NCBI RefSeq assembly: GCF_002075285.3
Contig: NZ_CP021983.2
Span: 4,230,001-4,262,000 of the forward strand
DNA from: Halomicronema hongdechloris C2206
GTDB lineage: Bacteria > Cyanobacteriota > Cyanobacteriia > Phormidesmidales > Phormidesmidaceae
Direction of reading: 5' to 3'
Length of the DNA: 32,000 bases
In this document: positions 9,360 through 17,451 of the stretch, piece by piece
Numbering within the stretch: the first letter of the stretch is position 1
Layout: each line of letters opens with the position of its first letter
Position numbers and translations under genes: made by a program
Notes under the pieces: generated by a model
Database searches by the model: none
The model's input: only the letters and a program-made list of their open reading frames with translations
Told to the model about the DNA's origin: nothing

Positions 9360-9741
9360 ACGATGGTTGGCCTACGCACAACAAGATATGGATGTCGCCA
9401 GCGAACTGGCAGCAGCTGGAAAAGGGTATACCCATGCCATCTGTTACCACGCGCAACAGGCCGCAGAGAAAGCCATCAAAGCCGGACTAATCTTTGCTCA
9501 GATTGACTTTCCCTTCGTGCATGACTTAACGGTCTTAAAAAATCTGCTGCCAAAGGATTGGCAGACTCGTCAAGATCCAACCAATCTAAACACTTTGACC
9601 AGTTGGGCAACGGCATCCAGATATCCGGGGATTGCTCCTGACCCTACTGAGCAGGATGCCTTACAAGCTCGGCAAGAGGCGGAAAGAATTATGGGTTTGA
9701 TTCGGGCAGATGTCAGCCAACGAGGACTCACCTTGATTTAA
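9328..9741 (+). CDS. HEPN domain protein (MNT/HEPN pair)
   Basis: 137 aa with ..WLAYAQQDMDVA..L......Y.HAICYHAQQAAEKAIKAGL and ..ASRYPG, the classic HEPN helical pattern. Overlaps the 3' end of the MNT reading frame. Confidence 0.8.
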   Translation: MTAGAIAQETKRWLAYAQQDMDVASELAAAGKGYTHAICYHAQQAAEKAIKAGLIFAQIDFPFVHDLTVLKNLLPKDWQTRQDPTNLNTLTSWATASRYPGIAPDPTEQDALQARQEAERIMGLIRADVSQRGLTLI

Positions 9742-9853
9742 GAGCACTCTGCCTAGCTTTCGAAACTGGCGGCTACGCCAATGACCATCACAGTGAGGAC
9801 CATTGGCCAGTGGCAAAGTCCTCTGCCTGGATTCCGGGTGCCCGGAATGACGG
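9741..9853. repeat. Repeat family D copy 1, ending in a family A unit
   Basis: agagcactctgcctagctttcg...ggcggctacgccaatgaccatcac..gtgaggac...ctctgcctggattccgggtgcccggaatgacgg. Homologous to 17452-17598. Confidence 0.65.
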
Positions 9854-9986
9854 ACATCGTTTTCGCGGTTACACTCTCCCAGACCTCTGCAACCAGGACA
9901 TTTTGCCTGTAGTGAGCTGGTAGTGAACGTCAGGGGACTACCCCCTTATTGCCTGAGCCCCTTGGCAGGGCTTGTCGGTGAGGGGT

Positions 9987-10017
9987 GGTAACGCTCGCTA
10001 AGGCCACGCTTAATTGG
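9987..10017. repeat. Repeat family C, copy 2
   Basis: ggtaacgctcgctaaggccacgcttaattgg. Confidence 0.7.
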
Positions 10018-10021
10018 ATAG

Positions 10022-10150
10022 CTCGGGGTGCTCACCCGAGGGGATTTCGTTCCCCTCGGACTCCGACGACCAGGGCGTTCCGCCGCCCTGGACCCCGCGG
10101 AAGGGATGGCCGATCTGCCGTTCAAGATCGCGTCGCATCGGCAGAGATGG
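10022..10150. other. Cluster of consecutive GC-rich hairpins
   Basis: Stems: ctcggg/cccgag (10022-10040); ccgagggga/tcccctcgg (10036-10059, 9 bp, shares bases with the previous stem); ccagggcg/cgccctgg (10070-10091, 8 bp); ctgccg/cggcag (about 10106-10140). Confidence 0.5.
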
Positions 10151-10157
10151 CGAGAGA

Positions 10158-10310
10158 TCTTTCCCCCTTATTCCCTATCCCCTCTTCCCTCTTCACCCTT
10201 CGACTGCGCTCAGGGCAAGCTCTTCACTCTTCTTCGCACGGGCATAGCCCTACACACTCTTCACGACACATCCCCCTCCCACCCCATCACCCCTCTCCCC
10301 CTCTCCCCAT
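10158..10310 (+). repeat. G-depleted C/T-rich tract
   Basis: Includes tctttcccccttattccctatcccctcttccctcttcaccctt. 10261-10310 contains a single G. A purine-rich counterpart lies at about 17341-17425. Confidence 0.8.
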
Positions 10311-10365
10311 CACATTCCCGCGCCTCGCGCAGCGTGCCCGAAGGTCGTAGCGGGAATCCGGAGGG
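10311..10365. repeat. Repeat family A unit
   Basis: cacattcccgcgcctcgcgcagcgtgcccgaaggtcgtagcgggaatccggaggg, close to 8585-8641. Confidence 0.7.
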
Positions 10366-10392
10366 CTAGGCTCAGAGCGCTCTGCTTAAAGG

Positions 10393-10467
10393 CTGGGACA
10401 CAACCACTTTTATCCGGTCCCCATAGATTTTTCTCTGGGACGCAGCCATATTTAGGCGGTTAGGCCA
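10393..10467. repeat. Repeat family B, copy 2
   Basis: gggacacaaccacttttatccggtccccatagatttttctctgggacgcagccatatttaggcgg. Confidence 0.7.
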
Positions 10468-10624
10468 AACTAGGGGCCAGTGGGGGCACTCTCTAGACTC
10501 CCAGGTAAAACTCAACACTGATGATGAATGCATAGGTTAGGTAGAGGCTCTGAGGCAATATAGAATCCGGGCAAGTGCCTCACCAAATGGTGCGAATCGC
10601 AATTATCACCCGATTTGACACCCC

Positions 10625-12650
10625 ATGACGAAACGTTCTTTGCTTCAACGCACAGCCGTCCCTGTTGGGCCTGGTGGTCTGCGTTAGCGGGCGGCATCAA
10701 CTGGGGGCAGGGGTCAGCGCCCCGACTAGGCTGGCCCAAACCGAGTCTGCCGAGTTGTTTTACCGCGTCGACGGAGAGCCGATTCCCCTGCAGTTGCAAG
10801 CAGATGCGATCGCAGTGGTCTTCACTGAGCCACCGGCGGCTCGGGGTCATCCCCCCATCCCCCTCTACCGGCGACTCCAGGCCGACCTACAGGGCACTCG
10901 GGGCGACGCCGTCACCGTGCACCCCGTGGGCACCGACTACGCCATCGTCACCCTGCCCAGGGGCAGTCGCTCTAGTCGCAGCACCCTGATCGAACGGGTG
11001 CAACGGCCCTACGTCGATGCCATTTTGCCTGTCCTCAGTTGTTGCGATCGCAACGAGCAGATTCTGCTGCCCAACGAAATCATCGTCAGTTTTGAGCCAG
11101 ATACTACTCCGGCCCAGCGGCAAGTGATCCTGGCCGCCCAGGGGCTCACCGCCATTCGACCGCTGCAATTCAGTGACGACCGGGTCCTGGCGCGGCTTAT
11201 AGAACTGGATCACGACACCGCCGTATTGACTGCCACCGAGCGGCTGCATGCCACAACCGGGGTGCGATCGGCCACTCCCAATTTCATCCAGGTACGGGCA
11301 CCCCTGGAGCCGCCGATGCAACCGCCCCTCTCGCCGTCACCGGCCCAGTTTGCCGCCCGATCCCGTCGTCCGGCTAATCTGAGGACCCTAGCCTGGTACC
11401 TAGATAGCACCAGGCTGCACCCCAACCTAGAGAACCGGGGGGTGAAGGCCCCGGCCGCTTGGACCCTGGGCAGCCGGGGCGAGGGCATTACGGTGGCGGT
11501 GCTGGACACCTTCACCCAATGGGATCATCCGGCATTGCAAACCAATACCTATGAGCTGCCCGCCCCATGTCCGTCGGCTTGGCCCGAGAAACTCGCGGCT
11601 GGGACTTTGTCGACGATGACCCCGATACCCGCATCGAAGCCGACGAGCTGGCCATTTTGCGGCCCCCCTTTCAGAGCACGTTTACTTTGTCCGATGCAGC
11701 CCTGCTGGCGCAGCATGACCCCTGGGTCGCCCGGCTCAGACAGGACCATCCAACGGCAACAGATGCCCAGATTGCCGCCCATATTCGCCGACCAGATCCA
11801 GGCGCAGGTGGTCAATGAGTTTCATGGCACCCAGGTGGCCGGGGTGATTGCCGCCCATGGCCAGAGCGATACCGCCTTCACCGGCGTGGCCCCGGCGGCC
11901 AGGATCTTGCCCGTCCGGATTGGGGATATTTCCAGTGGCCCCATGCTGGCGGCCAGCGTTGAGGCGATTGCCTACGCGGCTGAGCGCGGAGCCGATGTGA
12001 TCAATATGAGCTGGGGCATGCTGCCCGCCACCGAGATCGCGGCTGTGATCACCCAGGCGCTGGAAGACAATCCCGACCTGGTGATAGTGGCGTCGAGTGG
12101 CAATTTTGGCGACGGGGAGGTCTCGTTTCCGGCCAGCCTACCGGCGGTGGTGGCCGTGGGGGCCTCGACCCTAAATGGCCATCGGGCTCCCTATAGTAGC
12201 TTTGGGCCAGGGCTGACGCTGGTAGCCCCCGGCGGGGTGATTCAGTCGCACCCAACCAGTGGCATCTTAACCACGGGGGGAACGGTGACCCCGGGATTTT
12301 GGCAGGGGATGCCGCTACCGACGCAGCCCTGGAGTTGGACCCAAGATCCCCAGGGAACCTACATTTGGACCCAGGGCACCTCCTTTTCCTCCCCCATCGT
12401 CGCGGGCATTGTGGCGTTGATGCAGAGTGCCGATCAGGATCGGAGCTTAAGTCGCGATCGCATCGTTGAGTTACTCACCGCAGCCGCCAGCCATGGGCCA
12501 CTGACCCTGACGGATGAGGAGCGAGACCGCTATCAAACCCTGGCGACCCAGACCAACACCCCAGCCACGGCACCAGCGCTGACCTACTTTTTCGGCAGCG
12601 GGTTGGTGGATGCCGCCGAGGCGGTGCGCCTGGTGCAGGCAACGGACTAA
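10625..12650 (+). CDS. S8 (subtilisin-like) serine peptidase with leader and I9-like propeptide; reading frame apparently disturbed at three points
   Basis: Catalytic Asp (ITVAVLDT), His (HGTQVAGVIAA) and Ser (GTSFSSPIVAGIVALM) all lie in the long ORF 10665-12650. The leader MTKRSLLQRTAVPV (ATG 10625) is one nt out of frame. The family motif RGWDFVDDDPD appears only in the alternative frame 11567-11790. Confidence 0.8.
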
Positions 12651-15600
12651 AGGCCATTGCCGATGAGGATAAACGGTGCCCAGTGGTAGGGATGCTCCAA
12701 CCCAGTAGTCGCCAGAGGCTGGCCATCGCGGGATTCGATCACAATGGAGGCCCGCGACGCCGCCAGGCGGGTTTCGGTTTCTTCGTCGTAGAGCAGGCTG
12801 AGCTGGGCCTGACGCAGGGCTTCGGCTTTGGTCAGTTCCCCAGAGGCCAGTAGCTCATAGAAGCGCTGCATCAGCAGGCTGGTGCTGTCGTCGTTGACAG
12901 ACCACAGCGAGGCAATCACCGTCTCGGCCCTGCCCTTCTCTAAAAAGTAAGAACTGATGCCGGCAATCTCGGTACCATCGCCTGCCGGTCCCCCTAAGGC
13001 GGTCTGACAGGCAGAGAGCACCACTAAGTGCAGATTACTCAACCGTCGATGCATGGCCTCGATATCGTCAATCTTCAGGGGTTCCCCATTGCCCAAGAGA
13101 ATAAAAGACTCTTCGGCGCGACCTGGTACGAAGGCGGCATGGGTGGCCAGGTGCAGCACTCGATGGCCACGTACCTGAGCTTTCAGGGTATCCAGGGTAA
13201 AGTCATTGTTGAGAAACACCTGGCCCGGATAGATACCCGCCGGGTCAGTCGCATCACTGCGAATGATGGCATCCAATTCGGCATCGACCGCCGGCAGGGG
13301 ATTGAAGTCGGCCACAGCCTGCGTCAGCCCCAGCCCCAACACCTGGGATTGCTCAATGTCAGCAAGGCGGTCTTCTGTATCGGTCAGCCCCGGCGCCAGC
13401 ACCGTGGAGATGCGGTAGCGCTCCAGCAGATACTGCTCCCCGTCGTAGAGGGCCGCCATCGGGATGTAGCGGGTAACGCGGTCATTGACGAAGATCAGAT
13501 GATCGATGTCGTTGGCGGCCAGTTCTGTTTCCAAGGGCCGAATGATCCAGTCGTAGAGTTGCTGGCTGGTGGCTTGCAGCTCTGTCAGGGTGCCAGGATT
13601 GCCCGTCTTCAGCAACTCCCCGAAGCGCTGCACCGTACTCGCCAGTTCCCCCTGGGACACTGGCACCTCCACACTGCCGATGACGTTGCCGGCCGCGGCC
13701 CACACCAGCCACAGCTTGTCTTCCAGCACGAAGGGATAAATCAGCACCGCCTGTTCACCATCCTGGGTATAGGCATTCAGCAGTTCCTCCGCTTCGCCGC
13801 TGAGATTATCGGGATCTACAAAGACCTCATCCTCGGCCCGGTTCGCTCGAACGGCAGCCTCAAACTCCTCGACTTGCTGGTTGTACTGGGCGGTGAGGGC
13901 CTCAAGCTGGTCGTAAAGGCTGTCCAGTTCGGCGCAGGCGCTGCCTTCACAGGCGATGACTTCGCCACCGAGGGCGACCAGGCTACCGTGGGCGTCGATG
14001 ACGTCCTGTTCCGGGTCAGTGTACTGCAAGTCGCCACCGGTCCAGGTGGCGCGGGTGGTTTCAGTAAACTCGCGCAGTTCTTCAAGTTTGAGCAGGTCAA
14101 GGACTTGTTGGGCTTCTGGGATGCGGCCCTGTTCGAGCAGGAGGTCGGCCAGGAGGCGGTAGTCATCAGCGATGGTGTTGGTATAAGCTTCCTGCACTTC
14201 AGTGTCGAGACCCTGAATGTTGTCACGAATAGATTCTCGAATCTGCACTAGGGCTTTGAGGAAGATGATGGCCAGCTCCGGCTGACCTTGGTCATTAAGA
14301 ACGCGACCTAGGTTACTGAGAGCGTCTCCTTCCCCAGCAATATCTTCGATGTCGCGGGTGACGGCTAGCTGCTGCTCGTAAAAGTTGATGGCCCGCTGGG
14401 GCTGACCCAACAGGCGGTGGGTATCACCCAAAGAGCCTAGCAACTGTCCCTCCTCAGCCCGATTTCCCGCCTGGCGAACGGCCACCAGCCGCTGCTGATA
14501 CAGGTCAATCGCCCGTTGATGCTGTGCTTCGGCGGCTTGCTGATACTGGGGAAAAACGCTGTTCAAATCATCCAGATTGGCTCCCTCCCTCGCCTGAGCG
14601 AAAATCTCCTGGACGATAGCGATGTAGCGCTCCAAGATGCTCTCCGCCTGCCTGAGTTGTTCGATGTCTTGCTCGGAGATTTGTGTCCCGCCTAGACCTT
14701 GTCCGTCCTCCACTAGCGCCAGAAACTCATCGATAATTGCCAGCGCTTCCTCTGCCAGAAGTATGCTTTCCTGATAGTTCTGGAGTCCGATATGGGTCTG
14801 AACCAAGCTGGATAGGGCAATAACTTCATCTGGAAGACTGTCGAGTTCACGGGCAATGGCCAGGTATTGTTCGTAGTATCTCAGGGCTTGTTGATAGTCT
14901 CCCAATTTGAAGTAAACATTACCAAGCTTGCCTAGATTTTGGCCTTCCTGTTGGCGGTTATTGAGATCGCTGGTAATGGCCAGCCGTTGCTCGTAAACAT
15001 CAATGGCCTGCTCATAGTCCCCCAGGGAAAAGTAGGCCAGGCCCAGGTTGCCCAGAGCATTCGCCTCCCCCTGACGGTTGCCAAGCTTGCGATAAAGGTC
15101 TAGGACCTGCTGCCAAGACTGTAGCGCCTCACGAAACTGGCTGACTCGAAACTGCTGGAGGCCAATGTCGAGGAGCCTATCAGCCTCCACATTTGCCTGA
15201 CTTGCATCGCTAAGGATGGGAGCCGCTTGCTCCGGTGAGGTGTCAACTACTGTAAGGGAATAGCGCCCACGGGAGCTTTCGTCGAAACCGTTCGCCCAAA
15301 TGGTATAGATACCATCAGTAGGCAGCGTTAGGGTAATAAATGAGTGATAGTTGCCTGCCTCAGTATCAATATCATTGTTTCTGGCGAGTTCATCGCCTTG
15401 GTTATCTAAGATCAGCAAAAACGTATCAAACTCAACGCTTTCTAAAGTGATGGCAATAGTCTGTCCTGCGTTGCCGTCGAAGGTGTAGGTGTCATATAGG
15501 CTGCCATCGTTGAGAGTGTCGTCGCCTGCTTCTAAAACGCCTTCAACCTCTAGCAGCACAGTCGTGGTTTCGTCAGCTTGCTTAGTTTGCCTCATCTGAC

Positions 15601-15715
15601 GACTCAGGGGCTGAGGCTCCTGAGCCACGCCTGGGGCTTGCATTGCAGGGATGATGAGGGCTGTGGCCGTAAAGAAACCGAGCAGCTTGGCAGAGTAGAG
15701 CATGAGCGCAGTCAT
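12647..15715 (-). CDS. Secreted PPC-TPR-CHAT protease (intact, 1022 aa)
   Basis: Signal peptide MTALMLYSAKLLGFFTATALIIPAMQAPGVAQ. PPC-like domain at aa ~55-157 (..YTFDGNAGQTIAITLES.EFDTFLLILDNQGDELARNND...GIYTIWANGF...GRYSLTV). About seven TPR units. CHAT domain with His (LHLATHAAF) and Cys (VLSACQTA). Tail HPYHWAPFILIGNGL. Confidence 0.88.
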   Translation of the reverse strand: MTALMLYSAKLLGFFTATALIIPAMQAPGVAQEPQPLSRQMRQTKQADETTTVLLEVEGVLEAGDDTLNDGSLYDTYTFDGNAGQTIAITLESVEFDTFLLILDNQGDELARNNDIDTEAGNYHSFITLTLPTDGIYTIWANGFDESSRGRYSLTVVDTSPEQAAPILSDASQANVEADRLLDIGLQQFRVSQFREALQSWQQVLDLYRKLGNRQGEANALGNLGLAYFSLGDYEQAIDVYEQRLAITSDLNNRQQEGQNLGKLGNVYFKLGDYQQALRYYEQYLAIARELDSLPDEVIALSSLVQTHIGLQNYQESILLAEEALAIIDEFLALVEDGQGLGGTQISEQDIEQLRQAESILERYIAIVQEIFAQAREGANLDDLNSVFPQYQQAAEAQHQRAIDLYQQRLVAVRQAGNRAEEGQLLGSLGDTHRLLGQPQRAINFYEQQLAVTRDIEDIAGEGDALSNLGRVLNDQGQPELAIIFLKALVQIRESIRDNIQGLDTEVQEAYTNTIADDYRLLADLLLEQGRIPEAQQVLDLLKLEELREFTETTRATWTGGDLQYTDPEQDVIDAHGSLVALGGEVIACEGSACAELDSLYDQLEALTAQYNQQVEEFEAAVRANRAEDEVFVDPDNLSGEAEELLNAYTQDGEQAVLIYPFVLEDKLWLVWAAAGNVIGSVEVPVSQGELASTVQRFGELLKTGNPGTLTELQATSQQLYDWIIRPLETELAANDIDHLIFVNDRVTRYIPMAALYDGEQYLLERYRISTVLAPGLTDTEDRLADIEQSQVLGLGLTQAVADFNPLPAVDAELDAIIRSDATDPAGIYPGQVFLNNDFTLDTLKAQVRGHRVLHLATHAAFVPGRAEESFILLGNGEPLKIDDIEAMHRRLSNLHLVVLSACQTALGGPAGDGTEIAGISSYFLEKGRAETVIASLWSVNDDSTSLLMQRFYELLASGELTKAEALRQAQLSLLYDEETETRLAASRASIVIESRDGQPLATTGLEHPYHWAPFILIGNGL

Positions 15716-15724
15716 CCAAAGCTT

Positions 15725-15792
15725 GGGGTTGACACCAGGATATATGTCTCGGCGGCAAGGACTTATTCAGGTTCAGGCAAGCTTTGATAAAG
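15725..15792 (-). repeat. Conserved CHAT 5' element, copy 2
   Basis: ggggttgacaccaggatatatgtctcggcggcaaggacttattcaggttcaggcaagctttgataaag. Ends 10 nt upstream of the CHAT2 ATG (15713-15715). Confidence 0.85.
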
Positions 15793-15830
15793 AGACACAG
15801 ATGCCAGGCAGCCTGACGTACTCATATCAT

Positions 15831-16193
15831 TCAGGCGACGGATGAGATCTCGTTACCTGTGCCAAAATCCGTAAACTGTCGCACCTCCGGCTCATGGAAC
15901 GCCAGCACAATATCTTGCTTCGGCACGCCTAGATCCACAAGTTGATTAGCAATCCCTGTTTCAGTGCCATCATGCTGAATCCAGATTTGGCCCCCTTTGA
16001 TGTCGAGGTGAAGAATGCAGCCAAAATCCCGTTTGGTGCCTCGCCATCCCACATACAGCAGTTGATAGTGATCGCGCTCAGTATCAAACAGCGTCTGTAC
16101 CTCATACTCTGGCCAGCGGTGCTGGGCGCTGACCTGCTCAGCCCGCTGCGAAATTAATTGCTGGATATATTGCCGATACAGCTCTACAGCCAT
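15831..16193 (-). CDS. xisI: XisI family protein
   Basis: 120 aa with DHYQLLYVGWRGTKRDFGCILHLDIKGGQIWIQHDGTETGIANQLVDLGVPKQDIVLAFH, a textbook XisI pattern. Confidence 0.9.
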   Translation of the reverse strand: MAVELYRQYIQQLISQRAEQVSAQHRWPEYEVQTLFDTERDHYQLLYVGWRGTKRDFGCILHLDIKGGQIWIQHDGTETGIANQLVDLGVPKQDIVLAFHEPEVRQFTDFGTGNEISSVA

Positions 16194-16595
16194 TTTGCGA
16201 TCGCCTCCTGCTTAACATCGTAAACCAGTAACCTCAGCTGATACTTTTCTACTGCTGTGGCAATAAATTCGGCGTTGAAAAAAGCTTTCGTAGACGGCTA
16301 GCCGCACGGCTAAATAGAGATGTCGATTGGGCTCAACTACTGCCAAAGCATCGCGATAGTTGAGAAACTGTCCCAAGGCAGTGTGAAATTCTGACACATT
16401 CGACGGGCTGAGAAAGCTTTTCACCTCTACCGCAATTTTGCGATCGCCCCAATCTGCCGCTAATAGCTTTTCGGCTGCCAGATCAATCTCAAAATCTACA
16501 TCATCGACGTTGATTTCATAGGGATCTGCCGTAATTTGCCACCCCTCCTTTTCCAGGGCAGTGCAGATGACCTAATGAAACCGATCCCTTACCAT
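16184..16595 (-). pseudogene. xisH: XisH family gene with an in-frame stop and a frameshift
   Basis: From ATG 16593-16595: MVRDRFH-TAG(16572-16574)-VICTALEKEGWQITADPYEINVDDVDFEIDLAAE...KIAVEVKSFLS...YESFF. An A6 run on the + strand (16278-16283) then shifts the frame. The corrected tail NAEFIATAVEKYQLRLLVYDVKQEAIAKWL* overlaps the xisI ATG as expected. Confidence 0.75.
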
Positions 16596-16741
16596 ATGCA
16601 GGAACTCATCTGGCAGATTAGTGTCCAGTGACTTATTCACCGTTGTCTATGCCCATGCGATCCCGAACCCAACCGCACGCTTCCCACGGACGCTGGAGGG
16701 TATCGCTAAGATATCAACATGTTTGTTGTCTTTAATCAGCG

Positions 16742-16978
16742 ATGACCACCCTGCCCCGGACTGAACCCATCACCCTGGAACTCCCTGCCCTGCCTAGGGC
16801 AACCCTGGATGAGTTGTACCACTTTCTGCAATATCTTCAGTTCAAATATCAGGTGGATCTGGAATCGGGCCTGAAAACCCTGGAAGATGAGATGGACAAC
16901 TTTGATGGCGATGCGGCCCTGGCAGAACCCGGAGCAATCTCTCTAGCCCATCTGAAACAGGAATTGGGGTTGGAGTGA
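16742..16978 (+). CDS. Putative antitoxin of the RelE/ParE pair (family not recognised)
   Basis: 78-aa acidic protein. Its TGA (16976-16978) overlaps the GTG start of the toxin gene in a GTGA junction. Confidence 0.6.
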   Translation: MTTLPRTEPITLELPALPRATLDELYHFLQYLQFKYQVDLESGLKTLEDEMDNFDGDAALAEPGAISLAHLKQELGLE

Positions 16979-17292
16979 CGTATCAAGTTTTCATCCAGCC
17001 CGCCGCCCAAAGACGTTTAAAGAAGCTGCCTGTTCCAGTGCAGCGAAAACTGGTGACCCTCATTGAGGGTCTGGCAGAGGAGCCGAGACCGTCTGGTTGC
17101 AAAAAACTGAAAGGACGCGAAAATCGCTATCGGGTGCGCTCGGGCGATTATCGGGTGATCTACAGCATTGAGGACACTGCCCTGATTATTCGGATCATCA
17201 AAGTGGGGCACCGACGGCATCCGGAAAGGTTTCAGGATATTCAATCGTCAACTTTAGGGACATCGCAGTTAAATCATTCCATCCTGGGTTGA
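16975..17292 (+). CDS. RelE/ParE family toxin
   Basis: KLKGRENRYRVRSGDYRVIYSIEDTALIIRIIKVGHRR is the RelE/StbE core. About 20 extra C-terminal residues run into a repeat element. Confidence 0.8.
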   Translation: MTYQVFIQPAAQRRLKKLPVPVQRKLVTLIEGLAEEPRPSGCKKLKGRENRYRVRSGDYRVIYSIEDTALIIRIIKVGHRRHPERFQDIQSSTLGTSQLNHSILG

Positions 17293-17351
17293 TCGTAGCC
17301 GATACTGCTGGGTCGTAGGAGCTTATTCACGTTTAGACAAGCCTTGAAAAG
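17286..17351 (-). repeat. Conserved CHAT 5' element, orphan copy 3
   Basis: gggttgatcgtagccgatactgctgggtcgtaggagcttattcacgtttagacaagccttgaaaag aligns in the same orientation over its whole length to 15725-15792 (shared blocks tcaaccc, cttattca, agacaagc/aggcaagc, ttgaaaag/ttgataaag). No CHAT gene follows it. Confidence 0.6.
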
Positions 17352-17451
17352 GGGGAGAAGTTTTGAATTTTGAGTGGAGGGTAAAGGAAGAATGAGAGGG
17401 GCAGGGACAGGGAACCAGGACGTGGCTGAGGCTTTCGGGCAGAATGGAACT

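Noticed and set aside
9985-10369. Three overlapping + strand ORFs of 77-121 aa
   Set aside because: They read through repeat units, hairpins and the polypyrimidine tract. They are Pro/Ser/Arg-rich and all three frames are open at once, which signals non-coding sequence.
13028-14251. 407-aa ORF on the + strand
   Set aside because: It lies entirely antisense to the intact CHAT2 gene. Its composition (Gly/Gln/Val/His-rich, no motifs) is typical of a shadow ORF in GC-rich coding DNA.
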